Positions 8,131-16,480 of a stretch of DNA of 32,000 nucleotides are shown here, in pieces. Below the pieces are notes generated by a model, which saw only the letters and a program-made list of their open reading frames with translations, had not been told where the DNA came from and did no database searches. The stretch is taken from positions 7,721 to 39,720 of the forward strand of contig CAZCAP010000005.1 of the NCBI GenBank assembly GCA_964496765.1, read 5' to 3'. The number at the start of each line of letters is the position of its first letter. Position 1 is the first letter of the stretch. Origin of the DNA: an uncultured archaeon (GTDB taxonomy: Archaea; Iainarchaeota; Iainarchaeia; Iainarchaeales; CSSED10-239). A program made the translations under genes and the position numbers.

Positions 8131-8597
8131 TTTGTTTCTGCTTTTTGTTTTTTATGATCTTCCATTGGTCTTAGTTTTCCTGTTTTCTTTTCTGGTTTAG
8201 GCTTTACAGCTTCTTCAGTTGGATTTGCTTTTGATGTTTGGTCTACTGCTTTTACTTCATCCTTTGGAATTTCTTTTGCTTTTTCTTCTTTCTTTGGTTT
8301 TACTTCCTTTTCTTTCCCCTTGTTCTTGAATTCTTTAAATTCTTTTGAATCCTTTAGAAAAACATAAACCTTGTTGTTGTCTTGTTTAATACTAATTGCA
8401 ACACTTCTTGGAGGCTTGGTTATGCTTCTTGCCCAAATATATGCATTAACCTCTCCAGAGATAACAACATCTTTTCTATCTTTTCTAGTATGTTTTAATA
8501 AAAAATTATAAAGAGAAGTAATAGAATACTTCGCTCTCTTTGTTCTTGGTTTATCATAGGCGCTTCTTAATGAAACGTTATAGCTTTCTGATGGCAT
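8127..8597 (-). CDS. rpl31e: Ribosomal protein L31e (eL31) with a K/E-rich C-terminal extension
   Basis: The N-terminal ~85 aa ('YNVSLRSAYDKPRTKRAKYSITSLYNFLLKHTRK...VVISGEVNAYIWARSITKPPRSVAISI') match eL31. The remaining ~70 aa are lysine-rich. Confidence 0.85.
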   Translation of the reverse strand: MPSESYNVSLRSAYDKPRTKRAKYSITSLYNFLLKHTRKDRKDVVISGEVNAYIWARSITKPPRSVAISIKQDNNKVYVFLKDSKEFKEFKNKGKEKEVKPKKEEKAKEIPKDEVKAVDQTSKANPTEEAVKPKPEKKTGKLRPMEDHKKQKAETK

Positions 8598-8617
8598 ATT
8601 ATATCACATTTAATTAT

Positions 8618-8938
8618 TTATTTCTTTTTAGGTTTTACTTTTTTAGAAACATTTGTGTTTCTATTCATTAATCTATTCTTTTTATTAAATTTAGTTGATT
8701 TTCCTCTTTTACCGCTTTTTGCACCTGATTTTAATTTTTCTTTTTCAAGGTCAAGCTGAAGAGATCTATACCTACTTCCAAATTCAGTTTCTCTCCAATT
8801 TCTTTTCTGTCTTCTATTCCAAATTCTCTTGCCTGCTTTTTGTATGATCCACACAGGTGTATTCATATACCCAGGACCTACTTTTTTTCTCTGAGCAACT
8901 AAAAATTCTTTTTTGTCTCTGTCTTTGTTTCTTGCCAT
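8618..8938 (-). CDS. rpl39e: Ribosomal protein L39e (eL39) with a basic C-terminal extension
   Basis: 'MARNK...TPVWIIQKAGKRIWNRRQKRNWRETEF' matches the eL39 core. Start set at MARNK, the third codon of the track ORF. A basic tail of about 50 aa follows. Confidence 0.8.
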   Translation of the reverse strand: MARNKDRDKKEFLVAQRKKVGPGYMNTPVWIIQKAGKRIWNRRQKRNWRETEFGSRYRSLQLDLEKEKLKSGAKSGKRGKSTKFNKKNRLMNRNTNVSKKVKPKKK

Positions 8939-8966
8939 AAACAATCTAACTCCTTAAAATATTAAT

Positions 8967-9464
8967 TTATTCTGTTACTTCTGTTGGTGTTTCTTCCTTT
9001 TTTTGTTTTTTAATTGAGGTATGTGGCTTTTTATCTGGATTTGCTTCCTTATATATTTTTGCAGCAATTTTATCCATGTACTTTTGCCCAGCAGGAGTAA
9101 TAATTCTTCCTTTTTTATTTTCAGTAATCTTAATAAATCCTAGTTTTTCAAGATCCTGTAAAGCTGTTCTTATGATTTTACCACCAGCTTGTCTAAAAAT
9201 AGGAGGTCTTGTACCACGTCTTTTCTTTCCACCATAATAATTTCTAAGAGCGTTTACTGTTACGTGACCTTCAATGTATGTTTTTCTTAGGATAGAACCC
9301 ATTCTAACATACCACCAGTCTTCTCTAACTGGAGCTCTTTCTCTATGAGAGCCTGTTTTTACATAGGCAGTAAATTCAGGAGCTTTTACTTTTTTAGTGT
9401 CCTTAAGATCTTTTGCAATTTCTTCAATTAATGTACGTGCTTGTACATCGCTAATTGTTGTCAA
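8967..9464 (-). CDS. rps19e: Ribosomal protein S19e (eS19)
   Basis: 165 aa. 'VKTGSHRERAPVREDWWYVRMGSILRKTY', 'YGGKKRRGTRPPIFRQAGGKIIRTALQDLEKLGF'. Confidence 0.9.
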   Translation of the reverse strand: MTTISDVQARTLIEEIAKDLKDTKKVKAPEFTAYVKTGSHRERAPVREDWWYVRMGSILRKTYIEGHVTVNALRNYYGGKKRRGTRPPIFRQAGGKIIRTALQDLEKLGFIKITENKKGRIITPAGQKYMDKIAAKIYKEANPDKKPHTSIKKQKKEETPTEVTE

Positions 9465-9587
9465 AGTTGTTCACCTCAAATTTTAAATTCAAATTTTGTA
9501 TTTTTTACTATAAAATAAGTTATATTTTATCTTAATATATAATATACGCATAGTTCTATTTAAATATGTTTCTTCAAGGACTTTTCT

Positions 9588-9899
9588 TCAAATACTTATC
9601 TTCTTTACGTAATTACAGGATAAACAATGAAGTGAAACATACTTTTTTGTTTTATGATTAATTTTATTTCTTATTATTCTTGTTTTTGTGTTGTTTAGAT
9701 CCCTTAGCTCATAGCAATTTTTACAAACTAGCATGTGTGTTTCCTTTGGAAATCTATAATTAATCTTTTTTGCAAGTTCAAATGCTAATTGCACATATCT
9801 CCTAATATATGGATTATTTTTTCTATTCTTTTTTTCAGAAATAGCGAAATCAATTAGGTAAGATATTTTTTTTCTAATTACATCTTTGTTTTTTACCAT
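9588..9899 (-). CDS. rnp4: RNase P protein component 4 (Rpr2/Rpp21 family)
   Basis: Start moved to MVKNKDV (ATG at 9899), which is preceded by AAGGAGA. The longer track ORF would run through tRNA-Gly. Helical N-terminus plus a zinc ribbon, 'CKNCYE...LHCLSCNYVKK'. Confidence 0.7.
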   Translation of the reverse strand: MVKNKDVIRKKISYLIDFAISEKKNRKNNPYIRRYVQLAFELAKKINYRFPKETHMLVCKNCYELRDLNNTKTRIIRNKINHKTKKYVSLHCLSCNYVKKISI

Positions 9900-9933
9900 A
9901 ATTTCTCCTTTCTTTAAATATTTAAAAGAGAAA

Positions 9934-10005
9934 TGCACCCGCCGAGAGTCGGACTCGGGCCGAAAGCTTGGCAAGCTCCCATACTAACCACTATACTACA
10001 GGTGC
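9934..10005 (-). tRNA. tRNA-Gly (anticodon GCC)
   Basis: Hand-folded cloverleaf. Acceptor GCACCTG/CGGGTGC, anticodon stem GGAGC/GCTTT, loop TTGCCAA, T stem CCGAG/CTCGG. The T loop reads TCCGACT (C at position 55), which is atypical. CCA is not encoded. Confidence 0.8.
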
Positions 10006-10041
10006 ATTACTTGAATAATAATATAATTAACATAAAAAATG

Positions 10042-10049
10042 TTTATAAA
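10042..10049 (-). promoter_or_regulatory. TATA-box-like TTTATAAA upstream of tRNA-Gly
   Basis: Palindromic TTTATAAA about 37-44 nt upstream of the mature tRNA 5' end, in the gap after the stop of the upstream ORF. Confidence 0.35.
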
Positions 10050-10063
10050 TGTGTTGTCTTAGC

Positions 10064-11851
10064 TTAAATGTGAGTTAAATTTTCAACCTTCTTTTTTGGT
10101 TTAATTAACAGGAACGCAACTATCAGGATAATAAACAAAGCAAGCAGGATATATCCAGTGTATCCTCTACTGTTTGACTTTTCAAAAATTTTCATTTTAT
10201 TTAAATCCCCCCAAATAGAGTTTGAATCTAAATTACTATCATTAATTGAAGACAAATTACTATCTATTGATTCATCAATAACTTTAATTTCTTGGGTTGG
10301 ATAAACAAATATGCTTTTTGAATAATCATAGTCTCCAGAAATAATTAAATCCAAAGTGCAAGAATCTATTCTACTAAATACTTTTGTATAGGATTCTGGT
10401 TCATTTGATTGCATAATTGGAATGCTCTTGGATTCACTTGAAACAACCCCACAATAATTAAAGTCAAAATTTAAATTTTTAATTACATTTGTATGATTAA
10501 CAATGTCCATAGCTAAATATAATTTATTATCCTTAAAATAAAATATTGGTGGGAGCACAAAGAATGCTTCCTGATATAGCCCATCTGTTACATATACATT
10601 TACACTACCAGTCACATCATTGAATTGATTTGCTAAAATATAACTGTAATACATAGGACTATTTAAACTTGGAAGAATAAAATGATAAATTAATTCTTTA
10701 TCTTGAAAAGGATCTAAATATACTATCTCCTCACTATATCTTGGATATACTTGAGTAAATGAATCATGGGTTCTTAGAACAACAAGTGTTGCAAGAGGAT
10801 TTGCATTAGTGTTTTTAATATTTGCTTTGATTGTAAATGCACTATTTGTTTTCATATTTTCTGGAGAAGATAAATTTATGTTTAAAACATCTGAATAACC
10901 ATAGTCAGCATAACTCTTCTGAGTATTAATATTAAATGATTTAATTTTTTCTTGAAAATCAATATTAACTGTGCTCATGGTTGTTAGCCTGTCTTTTATG
11001 TCTTCTGGATCCTTTGATTTAGAAACAACGACGTGACTAGCATCCACTTGCCCTACCTCTCCATAGGTTGCATCAACAGGTATCCAATCATAACCAGGAA
11101 CATAGGCTTCTACCCAGGCATGTGCATCCCATGATAGAGTACTATTAGCATAGCCAGATACATATCTTGCTGGTATCCCTCTTGCTCTTAACAGGGCAGC
11201 AGTTAGATTTGCAAATTCATCACATACTCCTTTTCTTGTTGAAAGAACAGTTATTGAGTCCTCAATGCTATCTGAATAAATAGCATCATAAACAATATTT
11301 TGATGAACCCAATTGGTTATCTCTACAATCTCAGTAATAGCATCATTGCTTGTTTTAATTGCATTTGCTAGAGAAATGATCTCACTTCTATTTGATTGTA
11401 TATTTCGTGTTGGTTCTAGATATTCATTGTTATCAGTAATTGGATTTGTTAAATCGTATTTTGTTTTTGGGAGAATGATTTTATTTTCTGCTTTAATATT
11501 TGTATTAATATGAAAATCATATTTATAGCTATCAATGGTTTCAATCTCAAAAGTTGCAATATCATTCCCATATTCATCAGTTTCAATGGTTGCAGGAATT
11601 TTTGTGCCATGGGAATCAATATAATAAACATCACGAGAAACAATCTGAGATCTTTGATTAGAAAAAATAGGAGTTGTAAATGTAAATGAATTGTTTTCTT
11701 GATAGCTTGTAATTAGAATAGGCACAGTTAAATTAATATCAACATCTATCATTTTTGTTTTTATTGCATCAAAATTTAATTTTTGATCAGCAAACACAGT
11801 TGATGAAAATATAATTAATAATAGTAATATCAATATCTTAAATTTTTTCAT
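10064..11851 (-). CDS. Surface-anchored transglutaminase-like (papain-fold) protein
   Basis: 595 aa. N-terminal signal peptide 'MKKFKILILLLLIIFSSTVFA'. Cys-His-Asp core 'KGVCDEFANLTAALLRARGIPARYVSGY...DAHAWVEAYVPGYDWIPVDAT'. C-terminal TM helix plus a KPKKK anchor. Confidence 0.8.
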   Translation of the reverse strand: MKKFKILILLLLIIFSSTVFADQKLNFDAIKTKMIDVDINLTVPILITSYQENNSFTFTTPIFSNQRSQIVSRDVYYIDSHGTKIPATIETDEYGNDIATFEIETIDSYKYDFHINTNIKAENKIILPKTKYDLTNPITDNNEYLEPTRNIQSNRSEIISLANAIKTSNDAITEIVEITNWVHQNIVYDAIYSDSIEDSITVLSTRKGVCDEFANLTAALLRARGIPARYVSGYANSTLSWDAHAWVEAYVPGYDWIPVDATYGEVGQVDASHVVVSKSKDPEDIKDRLTTMSTVNIDFQEKIKSFNINTQKSYADYGYSDVLNINLSSPENMKTNSAFTIKANIKNTNANPLATLVVLRTHDSFTQVYPRYSEEIVYLDPFQDKELIYHFILPSLNSPMYYSYILANQFNDVTGSVNVYVTDGLYQEAFFVLPPIFYFKDNKLYLAMDIVNHTNVIKNLNFDFNYCGVVSSESKSIPIMQSNEPESYTKVFSRIDSCTLDLIISGDYDYSKSIFVYPTQEIKVIDESIDSNLSSINDSNLDSNSIWGDLNKMKIFEKSNSRGYTGYILLALFIILIVAFLLIKPKKKVENLTHI

Positions 11852-11930
11852 ATTTGTTCAAAAGTATATACAATAAAAAGATTTTTAAAGTAAATCAATA
11901 GAATATATTTCTTAAACTAAAGTGATTACT

Positions 11931-12584
11931 ATGAAAACAAAGTATACAAACATTATTGTTATTGGAATTATATTGCTTGCAATAATTATTGGAATTTATT
12001 TCTACCCTGTGCTTCCTGATTCAATGGCAAGCCACTGGAACGGAAATGGGGTTGTTAATGGACACATGCCTAAATTCTGGGGTGTCTTTCTAATGCCTCT
12101 TATCCTCATTGGAATGTTCCTATTACTTAGGTATCTTCCAAAATTAGACCCACTCAGGAGAAATGTGGATGGTTTTATGGGACACTACAATATATTCATA
12201 ATTATTTTCGCATTATTTTTATTTTATATATATGTATTAACATTATTTTTTAATATTTATACAAACGCACAAAACATGTTTATTTATTTTGCACCAGCAT
12301 TTGCAATCCTGATCTACTATTGCGGTATATTAATATCCAATGCAAAAAGAAATTGGTTTATTGGAATTAGAAATCCATGGACATTATCTTCTGATTATGT
12401 GTGGAAGGAAACACATAGACTGGGAGGAGTTTTATTTAAGTTAGTTGCAATCTTAAGTCTAGTAGGTGTATTCTTACCTCAACTTGCTATGTGGTTCATA
12501 TTGATTCCCATATTAATTGCTGTTATAGGAATTATGATATATTCATATATGGTTTATAAAAAAGAGAACACAATTAAAAAATAA
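11931..12584 (+). CDS. SdpI/YhfL-family membrane protein (DUF1648 + SdpI-like)
   Basis: Polytopic. 'PDSMASHWNGNGVVNGHMPKFW' is DUF1648-like and 'KRNWFIGIRNPWTLSSDYVWKETHRLGG' is the SdpI-family motif. The ATG at 11931 is preferred over the GTG at 11922. Confidence 0.6.
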   Translation: MKTKYTNIIVIGIILLAIIIGIYFYPVLPDSMASHWNGNGVVNGHMPKFWGVFLMPLILIGMFLLLRYLPKLDPLRRNVDGFMGHYNIFIIIFALFLFYIYVLTLFFNIYTNAQNMFIYFAPAFAILIYYCGILISNAKRNWFIGIRNPWTLSSDYVWKETHRLGGVLFKLVAILSLVGVFLPQLAMWFILIPILIAVIGIMIYSYMVYKKENTIKK

Positions 12585-12586
12585 AG

Positions 12587-12668
12587 TGCAAGGGACAGGA
12601 TTCGAACCTGCGAAGCACTAAGCACACGGTCCTTAGCCGTGTCCCTTTGACCGCTCGGGAACCCCTGC
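12587..12668 (-). tRNA. tRNA-Leu, class II (long variable arm), anticodon reads AAG
   Basis: Hand fold of 82 nt. Acceptor GCAGGGG/CCCTTGC, anticodon stem CACGG/CCGTG, loop CTAAGGA, 13-nt variable region, T arm GCAGG-TTCGAAT-CCTGT. Confidence 0.8.
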
Positions 12669-12737
12669 ATTAGCCTTTCTTAAGAAGAAAGCCTATGAAA
12701 AGAAACTATTTCTTTTGGATACTAGAAAATCTTAATT

Positions 12738-12745
12738 AAAAAAAA
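12738..12745 (-). terminator. Oligo-T (T8 on the minus strand) tract downstream of tRNA-Val
   Basis: Run of 8 A on the plus strand, about 20 nt beyond the tRNA-Val 3' end. Archaeal terminators are typically oligo-T. Confidence 0.3.
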
Positions 12746-12765
12746 TTAAAGAAATACGATAAAAG

Positions 12766-12838
12766 TGGTCCTAAGCGGATTCGAACCGCTGATTCTCACC
12801 TTGTAAGGGTGATGTCATAACCGCTAGACCATAGGACC
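12766..12838 (-). tRNA. tRNA-Val (anticodon TAC)
   Basis: 73-nt cloverleaf. Acceptor GGTCCTA/TAGGACC, anticodon stem TCACC/GGTGA, loop CTTACAA, T arm AGCGG-TTCGAAT-CCGCT. Confidence 0.9.
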
Positions 12839-13009
12839 AATCTATACTTAATATAAACTTATGAACTAAAAGTAATTTAAATATGTTGGTTTTCAAAAAA
12901 CTAAAATTTTGGAAAAAGAAAAGGTTTAAATACATAATATCTTAATATATATACCTTTTAATAATAGGAGATAATAACTAAAAACTCAAAAAAAATAGGT
13001 GAGACTTAG

Positions 13010-13408
13010 ATGTTTAATAAACAATATATAACAAAACTAATTGGGGCGTTCATATTTGTATTTGGTTTGTTTTTTTTATTACTTGCCATCACAAATATAT
13101 TCAATGAAGTTGAATTCATAAAAGAATATAATCAATGTATAACAGTTGCTGATTATACTCCAGAAATACTAGATACCTGTAAAATAAATGTATCCAGCGG
13201 ACTTAACATTGTAATTAGAGCTAATCAGGTTGAACTAGCAACTGGACAGTATCTAAGAGTATTCTTTTGGCAAATAATACAAATACTATTCGCAGTAATT
13301 CTACTCATTGTTGGTGATTACATCTATCTTTCAAGAAAGAAAGAAGAAGTACCACAGCGAAAACCAATATTTGTTAAAAAGAAAACAGTAAAAAAGAAAA
13401 GAAGATAA
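13010..13408 (+). CDS. Hypothetical two-TM membrane protein with a K-rich tail
   Basis: 132 aa with N- and C-terminal hydrophobic helices. AGGTGA lies upstream of the ATG. Confidence 0.5.
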   Translation: MFNKQYITKLIGAFIFVFGLFFLLLAITNIFNEVEFIKEYNQCITVADYTPEILDTCKINVSSGLNIVIRANQVELATGQYLRVFFWQIIQILFAVILLIVGDYIYLSRKKEEVPQRKPIFVKKKTVKKKRR

Positions 13409-13435
13409 ATTAATCTTCTTCTCTTATCTTTTATT

Positions 13436-15325
13436 TTATTTAAGTTCATCAAATGTAACTATATTTATTTCTTTATCATTCTTAATGGATGTTTTTGGAG
13501 ATACAAGGAACTTAACTCCCTTCTCCTTAGATACATCAATTAATTCATTTGATAGAGGCATGTCTGTTACAATTGCATAAATCTTATTGGGCTTGAATCC
13601 TTCAAGCTTAGAAAGTAGATCTTCATTCTTTGAAGAACCAATTCTCCTAAACTTTTCATTTAGGATCTTGGTTTGTCCCTTATTATCCCCTTCATTAACA
13701 ATTTCAGAAAGTGATTGCTTAATCTTGTCTGTTAATTTAGGAAGAACAACCTGTTTTTTAGGTTCTGTTTTTTTTGGTTTTGGTTCTTTCTCTTTAACTA
13801 CTTCTTTTTCTAGGACTGGTGCATTCACTACAATTGGATCATTTATTTTTGTAGTATAGGCATCAACTTCCACAGAACTAAAATCAGTAATTTTTTTTGA
13901 ATCTATAGCAGTTATCTTTTTTTCATCATAATTTGATTGTGGAGAAATTATACCAACTAATTCTTTAGGGATAGAAGTTGCGTCATCTGCTTGAATTGGT
14001 TTAGAAAAATTATTAGAATCCCTATTAAATGGTTTTCTGAAATCATCACGTTTTTGGAAACCACCATCTCTTCTTTGGAAATTATTATCCTTTCTAAATG
14101 AATCTCTGTTTCCTGAATTATTTCTATCTCTACTGAAGTTCCCTCCACTACTACGGTTGTCTCTTCCTCCAAATCCTCTTGGACTTGCAGAAACATCTAC
14201 TCTTTCAACATTTGGGATACTTGACAGTATACTATCAAATTCATTTTTTTTGAAATCATCTCTTGGTGCTGAAGAAGTATGTTCATAGCGAGAAGGAGTG
14301 TTTTCACGATGTGGTTGATAACTACCTGCAGTTTCTTCTCTTCTTTGTCCAAATGCAAGTGGTTTTATTATTTTATGTTCATTTGTTGCAGAAAATTTAG
14401 TTTGTTTTACTAAATTTGGAATTGAAGCTGTTGTAACAGCTGGTGTTTCATTATCTACTGGAGTTGATGTTCCTGAAACAGGACTAGGAAATCTTTGTTT
14501 GTTTAGATCAATATATCCTGCTTTAATCTTTCTTCTTAGAGCCTGATTAATTTCCTTTTGAGTTAGTTCTTCAACTTCTTTACCATCTGGTGCTCTTGAA
14601 ATAAAATCAACCTTCATATACTTAAGTAATTGAGATTGTTGTATTTCTCCTCCATGATCTCCATCAAGGAAAAGAGTAACAGTCTTACCCTTACAAATAT
14701 CAGATAATGATCTTGGTATTCTTGCACCACCAGTTGAAATTACATTTGTAAAACCATACCTTAGCATGTTAATTACGTCTGCTCTTCCTTCAACAACAAT
14801 AACTTCCTTACTTGAACCTATTGTTGGACCAGCAGGAAGCTTATCAGGACCATAGAGAATAATATCCTTTGTTTTAAATAATTCCTGTATTTCGTCCATA
14901 AGCTCTTTAGTATCAGGTATCTCTTCCTGCATAACCTTACCAAGAAGCTCAATTGCTCTTTCTTTAATTTGTTTTCTTTTAAGACCTCTTGTGTCTTCAA
15001 TTTGTTTAATTATAAAGAAGGTATCACATGGACCAACCTTATCAATGGTTTCTATTGCAGCACCAATTATTGCTGTTTCAACCATGGATAGAGAACAAGG
15101 TAGTTTTAATGTTCCTGTTGTTTTATTGTTTGAATGGTTGACTGTGATTTCTATTCTTCCAATCTTTCCATTCTGTTGAAGTTCTTTTATATCAAGCTGT
15201 GATCCTAAAAGTCCTTCTGATTGTCCAAAGATAGCACCAATAACATCTGGTCTCTCTACTAATCCCTGAACCTCAAAATCCGCAACAATCAAGTATTTGA
15301 TTGTTTCTAAATAGGTTTTACCCAT
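13436..15325 (-). CDS. dnaG: Archaeal DnaG-type Toprim protein (primase/exosome-associated) with a long C-terminal extension
   Basis: The N-terminal ~275 aa carry 'KYLIVADFEVQGLVERPDVIGAIFGQSEGLLG' and the Toprim motifs 'VIVVEGRADV' and 'LFLDGDHGG'. Residues ~276-629 are extra and include an RG/RD/N-rich low-complexity stretch. Confidence 0.85.
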   Translation of the reverse strand: MGKTYLETIKYLIVADFEVQGLVERPDVIGAIFGQSEGLLGSQLDIKELQQNGKIGRIEITVNHSNNKTTGTLKLPCSLSMVETAIIGAAIETIDKVGPCDTFFIIKQIEDTRGLKRKQIKERAIELLGKVMQEEIPDTKELMDEIQELFKTKDIILYGPDKLPAGPTIGSSKEVIVVEGRADVINMLRYGFTNVISTGGARIPRSLSDICKGKTVTLFLDGDHGGEIQQSQLLKYMKVDFISRAPDGKEVEELTQKEINQALRRKIKAGYIDLNKQRFPSPVSGTSTPVDNETPAVTTASIPNLVKQTKFSATNEHKIIKPLAFGQRREETAGSYQPHRENTPSRYEHTSSAPRDDFKKNEFDSILSSIPNVERVDVSASPRGFGGRDNRSSGGNFSRDRNNSGNRDSFRKDNNFQRRDGGFQKRDDFRKPFNRDSNNFSKPIQADDATSIPKELVGIISPQSNYDEKKITAIDSKKITDFSSVEVDAYTTKINDPIVVNAPVLEKEVVKEKEPKPKKTEPKKQVVLPKLTDKIKQSLSEIVNEGDNKGQTKILNEKFRRIGSSKNEDLLSKLEGFKPNKIYAIVTDMPLSNELIDVSKEKGVKFLVSPKTSIKNDKEINIVTFDELK

Positions 15326-15439
15326 AATTCATTCACCTGTTTAATTATATCTTGTTATTTAATCTAATGAAACAGGAATTTAATTCATATTTTAAAAATA
15401 GTTAGGTTTCAAAATAAAAATAGTATATGCATCTGGAAT

Positions 15440-15676
15440 TTATAGAATTTCAATAATCTTGTGATGACTCTTCTCACCTTTGATTATCTTTATTCCATAT
15501 CCATTTTCTTTAAAAAGCTCTACTAGTCTTCTATTGGCCTTCCCATCCACAGGGATCGCCTTTAATCTGACTTTAAGCTTTTTGCCTTCAAGTAATTCAA
15601 TCTCATTTTTCTTTGAATTACATATTACATTAACTTCTAAAATCTCACCTTTTTGGAAGTTAATTTTTTTTTGCAT
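15440..15676 (-). CDS. DUF167/YggU-family (UPF0235) protein
   Basis: 78 aa. 'LKVRLKAIPVDGKANRRLVELFKE...IKIIKGEKSHHKIIEI' matches the DUF167 pattern. Confidence 0.7.
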   Translation of the reverse strand: MQKKINFQKGEILEVNVICNSKKNEIELLEGKKLKVRLKAIPVDGKANRRLVELFKENGYGIKIIKGEKSHHKIIEIL

Positions 15677-15831
15677 ATCACTTTATTTTGATTAATTATA
15701 ACTATTTTCAAATTATTAAATTCTGTTCTATAAAGATTTAACTTATTCCTTAAATTTTATATTTATTTTAAAAAAACAAATAAAAATATAAACTTAATTT
15801 CCATTATTATATTATATAATGAAACAAAATG

Positions 15832-15839
15832 TTTATAAA
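15832..15839 (+). promoter_or_regulatory. TATA-box-like TTTATAAA upstream of hjc
   Basis: AATGTTTATAAA element about 50 nt upstream of the hjc ATG, with AAAGGGAAAGAG between them. Confidence 0.4.
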
Positions 15840-15889
15840 ATAGTGGAATAACGTATATACTATATTAGTTAAAAAGGGAAAGAGAATTT

Positions 15890-16288
15890 ATGAAAAACAA
15901 AGCAAAAGGATCAAACGCTGAAAGAGAGCTTCTTCTTATGTTCTTTAAAGAGGGATTTGGAGTATCTAGGGTTGCTGGATCAGGTTCCTCCCAATTACCC
16001 ACACCAGACATTATTGCCTGTAGGAAAGGTAGGTGTGTAGCCATTGAATGTAAGACAAAAAGTGGGGAATATTTAAATATTAGGCCTGAACAGGTTGAAG
16101 AACTAAGAATATGGGAAGATATGGCTTCATTTCCTGCATATGTGGCCTGGAGACTAGGAAAGGATAAATGGTACTTTATTTCTCACAAAGATCTTAATAA
16201 AACAAAGAAAGCCTATTCCATAAAAAAGGAAGAAATTATGGAAAAGGGAATGGATTTTAAAGCATTTATAAACCTTCTGACTCATTAA
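15890..16288 (+). CDS. hjc: Holliday junction resolvase Hjc
   Basis: 132 aa. 'KGSNAERELLLMFFKEGFGVSRVAGSG...PDIIACRKGRCVAIECKT' matches the Hjc nuclease motif (E...D...E-x-K). Confidence 0.85.
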   Translation: MKNKAKGSNAERELLLMFFKEGFGVSRVAGSGSSQLPTPDIIACRKGRCVAIECKTKSGEYLNIRPEQVEELRIWEDMASFPAYVAWRLGKDKWYFISHKDLNKTKKAYSIKKEEIMEKGMDFKAFINLLTH

Positions 16289-16340
16289 TATATATTAAGG
16301 TAAACTCTTTTTTTAATATTAAAAATAAGGTAGAATAAAT

Positions 16341-16478
16341 ATGTATATGGAACTTGAAGAAATCATAAATGCTCTTGAAAGAGAGGCAAAAAAAGAAAAA
16401 GGACTTAAAAATAAATGCCTCTATGATACATCAATTTCTGCTTTAAAAGAACTAAAAGATAGAAAATTAGATAAATAA
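16341..16478 (+). CDS. Possible small ORF (45 aa), hypothetical
   Basis: Sequence MYMELEEIINALEREAKKEKGLKNKCLYDTSISALKELKDRKLDK. AAGGT lies upstream. Below the ORF-track size cutoff. Confidence 0.25.
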   Translation: MYMELEEIINALEREAKKEKGLKNKCLYDTSISALKELKDRKLDK

Positions 16479-16480
16479 AG

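Noticed and set aside
9900-9974. N-terminal 25 codons of the track ORF 9588..9974 (MPSFRPESDSRRVHFSFKYLKKGEI...)
   Set aside because: This stretch runs through the 3' half of tRNA-Gly (9934-10005). An internal ATG at 9899 has a good AAGGAGA SD motif, so the CDS was shortened.
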